64,000 nucleotides of DNA. Origin: Eledone cirrhosa. Lineage: Eukaryota. Where the stretch lies: positions 28,458,001-28,522,000 of the forward strand of contig OZ024740.1 of assembly GCA_964016885.1 (NCBI GenBank), in the 5' to 3' direction. Made by a program: the position numbers and the translations under genes. This document shows, in pieces, positions 27,201 through 41,739 of this stretch (its first letter is position 1; every line of letters starts with the position of its first letter). The notes under the pieces were generated by a model. It saw nothing but the letters and a program-made list of their open reading frames with translations. It was not told the DNA's origin and did not search any database.

Positions 27201-30200
27201 GTATATGTGATTTACCTGACTAGAAGTGATTTTTCTGAGTATATGTGATTTTCCTGACTATATGTGATTTTCCTGAATATATGTGATTTTCTTGACAATA
27301 TGTGATTTTCCTGAGTATATGTGATTTCCCTGAGTATATGTGATTTTCCTGGCTATATGTGATTTTCCTGAGTATATGTGATTTGCCTGAGTATATATGA
27401 TTTAACTGAGTATATGTGATTTTCCTGAGTATATGTGATTTCTTTGAGTATATGTGATTTCCCTGACTATATGTGATGTTCCTGAGTATATGTGATCTTC
27501 CTGAGTATATGTGATTTTCCTGAGTATAGGCGATTTTCCTGAGTATATGTGATTTTTCTGACTATATGTGATCTTCCTGAGTATATGTGATTTCCCTGAG
27601 TATATGTGATTTTCCTGAGTATATATGATTTTCCTGAGTATATGTGATTTTCCTGAGTATATGTGATTTTCCTGACTATATGTGATTTTCCTGAGTATAT
27701 GTGATCTTCCTGAGTATATGTGATTTTCCTGAGTATAGGCGATTTTCCTGAGTATATGTGATTTTGCTGACTATATGTGATCTTCCTCAGTATATGTGAT
27801 TTCCCGCAATATATGTGATTTTCCTGAGTGTATTTGATTTTCCTGAGTATATGTGATCTCCCTGAATATAAGTGATTTTCCTGAGTATATGTGATTTTCC
27901 TGTGTATATATGATTTTCCTGAGTATATGTGATTTTCCTGAGTATATATTATTTTCCTGAGTATTTGATTTTCCTGACTGTTTGTGATTTTCCTGACTAT
28001 ATGTGATTTTCCTGAGTATATGTGATCTTCCTGAGTATATGTGATTTTCCTGAGTATATGTGATTTTCCTGAGTATATGTGATTTTCCTGACTATATGTG
28101 ATCTTTCTGAGTATATGTGATTTTCCTGAGTATATGTGATTTTGCTGACTATTTGTGATTTTCATGAGTATATGTGATTTTCCTGACTATATGTGATTTT
28201 CCTGAGTATATGTGATATTCCTGAGTATAAGTGATTTTCCTGAGTATAGGCGATTTTCCTGAGTATATGTGATTTTGCTGACTATATGTGATCTTCCTCA
28301 GTATATGTGATTTCCCGCAATATATGTGATTTTCCTGAGTATATGTGATTTCCCTGACTATATGTGATTTCCCTGAGTATATGTGATTTTCCTGAGTATA
28401 TGTGATTTTCCTGAGTATATGTGATTTCCCTGACTATATGTGATTTTCATGATTATATGTGATCTTCCTGAGTATATGTGATTTTCCCGAGTATATGTGA
28501 TTTCCCTGAGTATATGTGATTTTCCTGAGTATATGTGATTTTCATGACTATATGTGATTTTCCTGAATATATGTGATTTTCATGACTATGTGATTTTCCT
28601 GACAATATGTGATTTTCCTGAGTATATGTGATTTTCCTGAGTATATGTGATTTTCTTGAGTATATGTGATTTTCCTGAGTATATGTGATTTCCCTGAGTA
28701 TATGTGATTTTCCTGACTATTTGTGATTTTCCTGACTATGTGATTTTCTTGACTATATGTGATTTTCCGGAGTATATGTAATTTTGCTGACTATATGTGA
28801 TTTTCCTGAGTATATAAAATTTCCCTGAGTATATGTGATTTTCCTGAGTATATGTGATTTTCCTGACTATATGTGCTTTTCCTGAGTATATGTGATTTCC
28901 CTGACTATATGTGATTTCCCGGAGTATATGTGATTTTCTTGAGTATATGTGATTTTCCTGAGTATATGTGATCTTCCTGAGTATATGTGATTTTCCTGAG
29001 TATATGTGATTTTCCTGAGTATATGTGATCTTCCTGAGTATATGTGATTTTCCTGACTATATGTGATTTTCCTGAGTATATGTGATTTTCATGACTATAT
29101 GTGATTTTCCTGAGTATATGTGATTTTCCTGACTATATGTGATTTTCCTGACAATATGTGATTTTCCTGAGTATGTGTGATTTCCCTGAGTATATGTCAT
29201 TTTCATGAGTATACGTGATTTTCCTGAGTATATGTAATTTCTTTGAGTATATGTGATTTCCCTGACTATATGTGATGTTCCTGAGTATATGTGATCTTCC
29301 TGAGTATATGTGATTTTCCTGAGTATATGCGATTTTCCTGAGTATATGTGATTTTTCTGACTATATGTGATCTTCCTGAGTATATGTGATTTCCCTGAGT
29401 ATATGTGATTTTCCTGAGTATATATGATTTTCCTGAGTATATGTGATTTTCCTGAGTATATGTGATTTCCCTGAATATATGTGATTTTCCAGAGTATATG
29501 TGATTTTTCTGTGTATATATAATTTTCCTGAGTATATGTGACTTTCCTGAGTATATGTGATTTCCCTGAGTATATGTGATTTTCCTCAGTATATGTGATT
29601 TTCCTGACAATATTTGATTTTCCTGAGTATATGTGATTTTCATGAGTATATGTGATGTTCATGAGTATATGTGATTTCCCTGAGTATATGTGATTTTCCT
29701 GACTATTTGTGATTTTCCTGACTATGTGATTTTCTTGACTATATGTGATTTTCCTGAGTATATGTGATTTTCCTGACTATATGTGATTTTCCTGAGTATA
29801 TAAAATTTCCCTGAGTATATGTGATTTTCCTGAGTATATGTGATTTTCCTGACTATATGTGATTTTCCTGAGTATATGTGATTTCCCTGACTATATGTGA
29901 TTTTCCTGAGTATATGTAATTTCACTGAGTATATGTGATTTTCCTGAGTATATGTGATCTCCTGACTATATGTGATTTTCCTGAGTATATGTGATTTCCC
30001 TGACTATATGTGATTTCCCTGAGTATATGTGATTTTCCTGAGTATATGTGATTTTCCGGAGTATATGTGATTTCCCTGACTATATGTGATTTTCATGATT
30101 ATATGTGATCTTCCTGAGTATATGTGATTTTCCTGAGTATATGTGATTTCCCTGAGTATATGTGATTTTCCTGAGTATATGTGATTTTCATACTATATGT

Positions 30201-33200
30201 GATTTTCCTGAGTATATGTGATTTTCATGACTATGTGATTTTCCTGACAATATGTGATTTTCATGAGTATATGTGATTTTCCTGAGTATATGCGATTTTC
30301 TTGAGTATATGTGATTTTCTTGAGTATATGTGATTTTCCTGCGTATATGTGATTTCCCTGAGTATATGTGATTTTCCTGACTATTTGTGATTTTCCTGAC
30401 TATGTGATTTTCTTGACTATATGTGATTTTCCTGAGTATATGTGATTTTGCTGACTATATGTGATTGTCCTGAGTATATAAAATTTCCCTGAGTATATGT
30501 GATTTTCCTGAGTATATGTGATTTTCCTGACTATATGTGCTTTTCCTGAGTATATGTGATTTTCCTGAGTATATGTGATCTTCCTGAGTATATGTGATTT
30601 TCCTGAGTATATGTGATTTCCCTGAGTATAAGTGATTTTCCTGAGTATATGTGATTTTCATGAGTATATGTGATATTCCTGAGTATATGTGATTTTCCTG
30701 ACTATATGTGATTTTCCTGAGAATATGTGATCTTCCTGAGTATATGTGATTTTCCTGAGTATATGCGATTTTCCTGAGTATATGTGATTTTCCTGAGAAT
30801 ATGTGATTTATTTGAGTATATGTGATTTCCCTGACTATATGTGATTTTCCTGAGTATATGTGATTTCCCTGAGTATATGTGACATTCCTGAGTATATGTT
30901 ATTTTCCTGAGTATTTGATTTTCCTGACTATTTGTGATTTTCCTGACTATATGTGATTTTCATGAGTATATGTGATCTTCCTGAGTATATGTGATTTTCC
31001 TGAGTATATGCGATTTTCCTGAGTATATGTGATTTTTCTGAGTATATGTGATTTTGCTGACTATATGTGATCTTCCTCAGTATATGTGATTTCCCGCAAT
31101 ATACGTGATTTTCCTGAGTATTTGATTTTCCTGATTATTTGTGATTTTCCTGACTATATGTGATTTTCATGAGTATATGTGATTTCCCTGAGTATATGTG
31201 ATTTTGCTGACTATTTGTGATTTTCCTGAGTATATGTGATTTTCCTGAGTATATGTGATTTTCCTGAGTATAGGCGATTTTCCTGAGTATATGTGATTTT
31301 GCTGACTATATGTGATCTTCCTCAGTATATGTGATTTCCCGCAATATATGTGATTTTCCTGAGTGTATGTGATTTTCCTGAGTATATGTGATCTCCCTGA
31401 ATATATGTGATTTTCCTGAGTATATGTGATTTTCCTGTGTATATATGATTTTCCTGAGTATATGTGATGTTCCTGAGTATATGTGATCTTCCTGAGCATA
31501 TGTGATTTTCCTGAGTATGGGCGATTTTCCTGAGTATATGTGATTTTTCTGAGTATATGTGATTTTCCTGAGTATATGTGATTTCCCTGAATATATGTGA
31601 TTTTCCTGAGTATATGTGATTTTTCTGTGTATATATGATTTTCATGAGTATATGTGATTTTCATGAGTATATGTGATTTCCCTGAGCATATGTGATTTTC
31701 CTCAGTATATGTGATTTTCCTGACAATATGTGATTTTCCTGAGTATATGTGATTTTCCTGAGTATATGTGATTTTCCTGAGTATATGTGATTTTCTTGAG
31801 TATATGTGATTTTTCTGAGTATATGTGATTTCCCTGAGTATATGTGATTTTCCTGAGTATTTGTGATTTTCCTGAGTATATGTGATTTTCTTGACTATAT
31901 GTGATTTTCCTGAGTATATGAAATTTCCCTGAGTATATGTGATTTTCCTGAGTATATGTGATTTTCCTGACTATATGTGATTTTCCTGAGTATATGTGAT
32001 TTCCCTGACTATATGTTATTTTCCTGAGTATATGTGATTTCCCTGAGTATATGTGATTTTCCTGAGTATATGTTATTATCCTGAGTATTTGATTTTCCTG
32101 ACTATTTGTGATTTTCCTGACTATATGTGATTTTCCTGAGTATATGTGATCTTCCTGAGTATATGTGATTTTCCTGAGTATATGCGATTTTCCTGAGTAT
32201 ATGTGATTTTCCTGACTATATGCGATTTTCCTGAGTATATGTGATTTTCCTGAGTATATGTGATTTTGCTGACTATATGTGATTTTCCTGAGTATATGTG
32301 ATTTCCCTGAGTATATGTGATTTTCCTGAGTATATGTGATTTTCCTGACTATATGTGATTTTCCTGAGTATATGTGATTTTCCTGACTATATGTGATTTT
32401 CCTGAGTATATGTGATCTTCCTGAGTATATGTGATTTTCCTGAGTATATGCGATTTTCCTGAGTATATGTGATTTTCCTAAGTATATGAAATGTCCCTGA
32501 GTATATGTGATTTTCCTGAGTATATGTGATTTTCCTGACTATATGTGATTTTCCTGAGTATATGTGATTACCCTGACTATATGTGATTTCCCGGAGTATA
32601 TGTGATTTTCCTGACTATATGTGATTTTCCTGAGTATATGTGATTTTCCTGACTATATGTGATTTTCCTGAGTATATGTGATTTTCCTGACTATATGTGA
32701 TTTTCCTGACAATATGTGATTTTCCTGAGTATGTGTGATTTCCCTGAGTATATGTGATTTTCATGAGTATATGTGGTATTCCTGAGTATATGTGATTTTC
32801 CTGAGTATATGTGATTTTCCTGAGTATATGTGATCTTCCTGAGTATATGTGATTTTCCTGAGTATATGCGATTTTCCTGAGTATATGTGATTTTCCTGAG
32901 TATATGTGATTTATTTAAGTATATGTGATTTCCCTGACTATATGTGATTTTCCTGAGTACATGTGATTTCCCTGAGTATATGTGATTTTCCTGAGTATAT
33001 GTTATTATCCTGAGTATTTGATTTTCCTGACTATTTGTGATTTTCCTGACTATATGTGATTTTCCTGAGTATATGTGATCTTCCTGAGTATATGTGATTT
33101 TCCTGAGTATATGCGATTTTCCTGAGTATATGTGATTTTCCTGACTATATGTGATTTCCTTGAGTATATGTGATTTCCCTGACTATGTGTGATTTTCCTG

Positions 33201-36200
33201 AGTATATATGATTTAACTGACTATATGTGATTTTCCTGAGTATATGTGATTTTCCTGAGTATATGTGATTTTGCTGAATATATGTGATTTTCCTGAGTAT
33301 ATGTGATTTCCCTGAGTATATGTGATTTTCCTGAGTATATGTGATTTTCCTGACTATATGTGATTTTCCTGAGTATATGTGATTTTCCTGATTATATGTG
33401 ATTTTCCTGAGTATATGTGATTTTCCTGACTATATGTGATTTTCCTGACAATATGTGATTTTCCTGAGTATGTGTGATTTCCCTGAGTATATGTGATTTT
33501 CATGAGTATATGTAATATTCCTGAGTATATGTGATTTTCCTGACTATATGTGATTTTCCTGAGTATATGTGATCTTCCTGAGTATATGTGATTTTCCTGA
33601 GTATATGCGATTTTCCTGAGTATATGTAATTTTCCTGAGTATATGTGATTTATTTGAGTATATGTGATTTCCCTGACTATATGTGATTTTCCTGAGTATA
33701 TGTGTTTTCCCTGAGTATATGTGATTTTCCTGAGTATATGTTATTTTCCTGAGTATTTGATTTTCCTGACTATTTGTGATTTTCCTGACTATATGTGATT
33801 TTCCTGAGTATATGTGATCTTCCTGAGTATATGTGATTTTCCTGAGTATATGCGAATTTCCTGAGTATATGTGATTTTCCTGATTATATGTGATCTTTCT
33901 GAGTATATGTGATTTCCCTGAGTATATGTGATTTTGCTGACTATTTGTGATTTTCCTGAGTATATGTGATTTTCCTGACTATATGTGATTTTCCTGAGTA
34001 TATGTGATCTTCCTGAGTATAAGTGATTTTCCTGAGTATAGGCGATTTTCCTGAGTATATGTGATTTTGCTGACTATATGTGATCTTCCTCTGTATATGT
34101 GATTTCCCGCAATATATGTGATTTTCCTGAGTGTATGTGATTTTCCTGAGTATATGTGATCTCCCTGAATATATGTGATTTTCCTGAGTATATGTGATTT
34201 TCCTGTGTATATATGATTTTCCTGAGTATATGTGATTTTCCTGAGTATATGTGATTTCCCTGAGTATATGTGAATTTCCTGAGTATATGTGATTTTCCTG
34301 AGTATATGTGATTTCCCTGACTATATGTGATTTCCCTGACGATATGTGATTTTCCTAACTATATGTGATTTTCCTGACTATATGAGATTTTCCTGAGTAT
34401 ATGTGATTTTCCTGACTATATGTAATTTTCCTGAGTATATGTGATTTACCTGACTAGAAGTGATTTTTCAGAGTATATGTGATTTACCTGACTAGAAGTG
34501 ATTTTTCTGAGTATATGTGATTTCCCTGACTATATGTGATTTTCCTGAATATATGTGATTTTCTTGACAATATGTGATTTTCCTGAGTATATGTGATTTT
34601 CCTGAGTATATGTGATTTCCCTGAGTATATGTGATTTTCCTGGCTATTTGTGATTTTCCTGAGTATATGTGATTTCTTTGAGTATATGTGATTTCCCTGA
34701 CTATATGTGATGTTCCTGAGTATATGTGATCTTCCTGAGCATATGTGATTTTCCTGAGTATGGGCGATTTTCCTGAGTATATGTGATTTTTCTGACTATA
34801 TGTGATCTTCATGAGTATATGTGATTTCCCTGAGTATATGTGATTTTCCTGAGTATATATGATTTTCCTGAGTATATGTGATTTTCCTGAGTATATGTGA
34901 TTTCCCTGAATATATGTGATTTTCCAGAGTTTATGTGATTTTTCTGTGTATATATGATTTTCCTGAGTATATGTGATTTTCATGAGTATATGTGATTTCC
35001 CTGAGTATATGTGATTTTCCTCAGTATATGTGATTTTCCTGACAATATGTGATTTTCCTGAGTATATGTGATTTTCCTGAGTATATGTGATTTTCCTGAG
35101 TATATGTGATTTTCCTGAGTATATGTGATTTTCTTGAGTATATGTGATTTTTCTGAGTATATGTGATTTCCCTGAGTATATGTGATTTTCCTGACTATTT
35201 GTGATTTTCCTGACTATGTGATTTTCTTGACTATATGTGATTTTCCTGAGTATATGTGATTTTCCTAACTATATGTGATTTTCCTGAGTATATGAAATTT
35301 CCCTGAGTTATGTGATTTTCTTGAGTATATGTGATTTCCCGGAGTATATGTGATTTTCATGAGTATATGTGATTTTCCTCAGTATATGTGATCTTCCTGA
35401 GTATATGTGATTTTCATGAGTATATGTGATTTTCCTGAGTATATGTGATCTTCCTGAGTATATGTGATTTTCCTGAGTATATGTGATTTCCCTGAGTATA
35501 TGTGATTTTCCTGAGTATATGTGATTTTCCTGACTATATGTGATTTTCCTGAGTATATGTGATTTTCCTGACTATATGTGATTTTCCTGAGTATATGTGA
35601 TTTTCCTGACTATATGTGATTTTCCTGACAATATGTGATTTTCCTGAGTATGTGTGATTTCCCTGAGTATATGTGATTTTCATGAGTATATGTGACATTC
35701 CTGAGTATATGTGATTTTCCTGACTATATGTGATTTTCCTGAGTATATGTAATCTTCCTCAGTATATAATTTTCCTGAGTATATGCGATTTTCCTGAGTA
35801 TATGTGATTTTCCTGAGTATACGTGATTTATTTAAGTATATGTGATTTCCCTGACTATATGTGATTTTCCTGAGTATATGTGATTTCACTGAGTATATGT
35901 GATTTTCCTGAGTATATATTATTTTCCTGAGTATTTGATTTTCCTGACTATTTGTGATTTTCCTGACTATATGTGATTTTCCTGAGTATATGTGATCTTC
36001 CTGAGTATATGTGATTTTCCTGAGTATATGCAATTTTCCTGAGTATATGTGATTTTCCTGACTATATGTGATCTTTCTGAGTATATGTGATTTTCCTGAG
36101 TATATGTGATTTTGCTGACTATTTGTGATTTTCCTGAGTATATGTGATTTTCCTGACTATATGTGATTTTCCTGAGTATATGTGATCTTCCTGAGTATAA

Positions 36201-36999
36201 GTGATTTTCCTGAGTATAGGCGATTTTCCTGAGTATATGTGATTTTGCTGACTATATGTGATCTTCCTCAGTATATGTGATTTCCCGCAATATATGTGAT
36301 TTTCCTGAGTATATGTGATTTCACTGAGTATATGTGATTTTCCTGAGTATATGTGATTTTCCTGAGTATATGTGATCTTCCTGAGTATATGTGATTTTCC
36401 TGAGTATATGCGATTTTCCTGAGTATATGTAATTTTCCTGAGTATATGTGATTTATTTGAGTATATGTGATTTCCCTGACTATATGTGATTTTCCTGAGT
36501 ATATGTGATTTCCCTGAGTATATGTGATTTTCCTGAGTATATGTTATTTTCCTGAGTATTTGATTTTCCTGACTATTTGTGATTTTCCTGACTATATGTG
36601 ATTTTCCTGAGTATATGTGATATTCCTGAGTATATGTGATTTTCCTGAGTATATGCGATTTTCCTGAGTATATGTGATTTTCCTGACTATATGTGATCTG
36701 TCTGAGTATATGTGATTTTCCTGAGTATATGTGATTTTGCTGACTATTTGTGATTTTCCTGAGTATATGTGATTTTCCTGACTATATGTGATTTTCCTGA
36801 GTATATGTGATCTTCCTGAGTATAAGTGATTTTCCTGAGTATAGGCGATTTTCCTGAGTATATGTGATTTTGCTGACTATATGTGATCTTCCTCAGTATA
36901 TGTGATTTCCCGCAATATATGTGATTTTCCTGAGTATATGTGATCTCCCTGAGTATATGTGATTTTCCTGAGTATATGTGATTTTGCTGAGTATATGTG

Positions 37000-39750
37000 A
37001 TTTCCCTGACTATATGTGATTTTCCTGACTATATGAGATTTTCCTGAGTATATGTGATTTTCCTGACTATATGTGATTTTGTTGAGTATATGTGATTTCC
37101 CTGAGTATATGTGATTTTCCTGGCTATATGTGATTTTCCTGAGTATGGGTGATTTTACTGAGTATATGTGATTTTTCTGACTATATGTGATCTTCCTGAG
37201 TATATGTGATTTCCCTGAGTATATGTGATTTTCCTGAGTATATATGATTTTCCTGAGTATATGTGATTTTCCTGAGTATATGTGATTTCCCTGAATATAT
37301 GTGATTTTCCAGAGTATATGTGATTTTTCTGTGTATATATGATTTTCCTGAGTATATGTGATTTTCATGAGTATATGTGATTTCCCTGAGTATATGTGAT
37401 TGTCCTCAGTATATGTGATTTTCCTGACAATATGTGATTTTCCTGAGTATATGTGATTTTCCTGAGTATATGTGATTTTCCTGAATATATGTGATTTTCT
37501 TGAGTATATGTGATTTTTCTGAGTATATGTGATTTCCCTGAGTATATGTGATTTTCCTGACTATTTGTGATTTTCCTGACTATGTGATTTTCTTGACTAT
37601 ATGTGATTTTCCTGAGTATATGTGATTTTCCTGACTATATGTGATTTTCCTGATTATATGAAATTTCCCTGAGTATATGTGATTTTCCTGAGTATATGTG
37701 ATTTTTCTGACTATATGTGATTTTCCTGAGTATATGTGATTTCCCTGACTATATGTGATTTCCCTGACGATATGTGATTTTCCTAACTATATGTGACTTT
37801 CCTGACTATATGAGATTTTCCTGAGTATATGTGATTTTCCTGACTATATGTAATTTTCCTGAGTATATGTGATTTACCTGACTAGAAGTGATTTTTCTGA
37901 GTATAGGCGATTTTCCTGATTATATGTGATTTTCCTGAGTATATGTGATTTCCCTGAGTATATGTGATTTTCCTGGCTATATGTGATTTTCCTGAGTATA
38001 TGTGATTTGCCTGAGTATATATGATTTAACTGAGTATATGTGATTTTCCTGAGTATATGTGATTTCTTTGAGTATATGTGATTTCCCTGACTATATGTGA
38101 TGTTCCTGAGTATATGTGATCTTCCTGAGTATATGTGATTTTCCTGAGTATAGGCGATTTTCCTGAGTATATGTGATTTTTCTGACTATATGTGATCTTC
38201 CTGAGTATATGTGATTTCCCTGAGTATATGTGATTTTCCTGAGTATATATGATTTTCCTGAGTATATGTGATTTTCCTGAGTATATGTGATTTCCCTGAC
38301 TATATGTGATTTTCCTGACTATATGAGATTTTCCTGAGTATATGTGATTTTCCTGACTATATGTAATTTTCCTGAGTATATGTGATTTACCTGACTAGAA
38401 GTGATTTTTCTGAGTATATGTGATTTCCCTGACTATATGTGATTTTCCTGACTATATGAGATTTTCCTGAGTATATGTGATTTTCCTGACTATATGTGAT
38501 TTTGTTGAGTATATGTGATTTTTCTGAGTATATGTGATTTTCCTGGCTATATGTGATTTTCCTGAGTATGGGCGATTTTACTGAGTATATGTGATTTTTC
38601 TGACTATATGTGATCTTCCTGAGTATATGTGATTTCCCTGAGTATATGTGATTTTCCTGAGTATATATGATTTTCCTGAGTATATGTGATTTTCCTGAGT
38701 ATATGTGATTTCCCTGAATATATGTGATTTTCCAGAGTATATGTGATTTTTCTGTGTATATATGATTTTCCTGAGTATATGTGATTTTCATGAGTATATG
38801 TGATTTCCCTGAGTATATGTGATTGTCCTCAGTATATGTGATTTTCCTGACAATATGTGATTTTCCTGAGTATATGTGATTTTCCTGAGTATATGTGATT
38901 TTCCTGAGTATATGTGATTTTCTTGAGTATATGTGATTTTTCTGAGTATATGTGATTTCCCTGAGTATATGTGATTTTCCTGACTATTTGTGATTTTCCT
39001 GACTATGTGATTTTCTTGACAATATGTGATTTTCCTGAGTATATGTGATTTTCCTGACTATATGTGATTTTCCTGAGTATATGAAATTTCCCTGAGTATA
39101 TGTGATTTTCCTGAGTATATGTGATTTTTCTGACTATATGTGATTTTCCTGAGTATATGTGATTTCCCTGACTATATGTGATTTCCCTGACGATATGTGA
39201 TTTTCCTAACTATATGTGACTTTCCTGACTATATGAGATTTTCCTGAGTATATGTGATTTTCCTGACTATATGTAATTTTCCTGAGTATATGTGATTTAC
39301 CTGACTAGAAGTGATTTTTCTGAGTATATGTGATTTTCCTGAGTATATGTGATTTTCCTGAATATATGTGATTTTCTTGACAATATGTGATTTTCCTGAG
39401 TATATGTGATTTCCCTGAGTATATGTGATTTTCCTGGCTATATGTGATTTTCCTGAGTATATGTGATTTGCCTGAGTATATATGATTTAACTGAGTATAT
39501 GTGATTTTCCTCAGTATATGTGATTTCTTTGAGTATATGTGATTTCCCTGACTATATGTGATGTTCCAGAGTATATGTGATCTTCCTGAGTATATGTTAT
39601 TTTCCTGAGTATAGGCGATTTTCCTGAGTATATGTGATTTTTCTGACTATATGTGATCTTCCTGAGTATATGTGATTTCCCTGAGTATATGTGATTTTCC
39701 TGAGTATATAAGATTTTCCTGAGTATATGTGATTTTCCTGAGTATATGTG
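37000..39750 (+). repeat. Tandem duplication with a ~1423-1461-bp unit; related block at ~26.4-27.65 kb
   Basis: GATTGTCCTCAG at 37398 and 38821 (offset 1423 = 75 x 19 - 2), and ORF ends at 37368/38791. GATTTTGTTGAG and GATTTGCCTGAG are shared by the 26-27 kb, 37-38 kb and 38-39.5 kb blocks. Confidence 0.75.
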
Positions 39751-41739
39751 ATTTTCCTAACTATATGTGATTTTCCTGAGTATATGTGATCTTCCTGAGT
39801 ATATGTGATTTTCCTGAGTATAGGCGATTTTCCTGAGTATATGTGATTTTGCTGACTATATGTGATCTTCCTCAGTATATGTGATTTCCCGCAATATATG
39901 TGATTTTCCTGAGTGTATGTGATTTTCCTGAGTATATGTGATCTCCCTGAATATATGTGATTTTCCTGAGTATATGTGATTTTCCTGTGTATATATGATT
40001 TTCCTGAGTATATGTGATTTTCCTGAGTATATGTGATTTCCCTGAGTATATGTGAATTTCCTGAGTATATGTGATTTTCCTGAGTATATGTGATTTCCCT
40101 GACTATATGTGATTTCCCTGACGATATGTGATTTTCCTAACTATATGTGATTTTCCTGACTATATGAGATTTTCCTGAGTATATGTGATTTTCCTGACTA
40201 TATGTAATTTTCCTGAGTATATGTGATTTACCTGACTAGAAGTGATTTTTCTGAGTATATGTGATTTACCTGACTAGAAGTGATTTTTCTGAGTATATGT
40301 GATTTCCCTGACTATATGTGATTTTCCTGAATATATGTGATTTTCTTGACAATATGTGATTTTCCTGAGTATATGTGATTTTCCTGAGTATATGTGATTT
40401 CCCTGAGTATATGTGATTTTCCTGGCTATATGTGATTTTCCTGAGTATATGTGATTTTCCTGCGTATATGTGATTTTCCTGAGTATATGTGATTTTCCTG
40501 AGTATATGTGATTTCCCTGAGTATATATGATTTAACTGAGTATATGTGATTTCTTTGAGTATATGTGATTTCCCTGACTATATGTGATGTTCCTGAGTAT
40601 ATGTGATCTTCCTGAGCATATGTGATTTTCCTGAGTATGGGCGATTTTCCTGAGTATATGTGATTTTTCTGACTATATGTGATCTTCCTGAGTATATGTG
40701 ATTTCCCTGAGTATATGTGATTTTCCTGAGTATATATGATTTTCCTGAGTATATGTGATTTTCCTGAGTATATGTGATTTCCCTGAATATATGTGATTTT
40801 CCAGAGTTTATGTGATTTTTCTGTGTATATATGATTTTCCTGAGTATGTGATTTTCATGAGTATATGTGATTTCCCTGAGTATATGTGATTTTCCTCAGT
40901 ATATGTGATTTTCCAGACAATATGTGATTTTCCTGAGTATATGTGATTTTCCTGAGTATATGTGATTTTCCTGAGTATATGTGATTTTCTTGAGTATATG
41001 TGATTTTTCTGAGTATATGTGATTTCCCTGAGTATATGTGATTTTCCTGACTATTTGTGATTTTCCTGACTATGTGATTTTCTTGACTATATGTGATTTT
41101 CCTGAGTATATGTGATTTTCCTAACTATATGTGATTTTCCTGAGTATATGAAATTTCCCTGAGTTATGTGATTTTCCTGAGTATATGTGATTTTCCTGAC
41201 TATATGTGATTTTCGTGAGTATATGTGATTGCCCTGACTATATGTGATTTCCCGGAGTATATGTGATTTTCATGAGTATATGTGATTTTCCTGAGTATAT
41301 GTGATCTTCCTGAGTATATGTGATTTTCATGAGTATATGTGATTTTCCTGAGTATATGTGATCTTCCTGAGTATATGTGATTTTCCTGAGTATATGTGAT
41401 TTCCCTGAGTATATGTGATTTTCCTGAGTATATGTGATTTTCATGACTATATGTGATTTTCCTGAGTATATGTGATTTTCCTGACTATATGTGATTTTCC
41501 TGACAATATGTGATTTTCCTGAGTATGTGTGATTTCCCTGAGTATATGTGATTTTCATGAGTATATGTGATATTCCTGAGTATATGTGATTTTCCTGACT
41601 ATATGTGATTTTCCTGAGTATATGTAATCTTCCTCAGTATATAATTTTCCTGAGTATATGCGATTTTCCTGAGTATATGTGATTTTCCTGAGTATATGTG
41701 ATTTATTTAAGTATATGTGATTTCCCTGACTATATGTGA

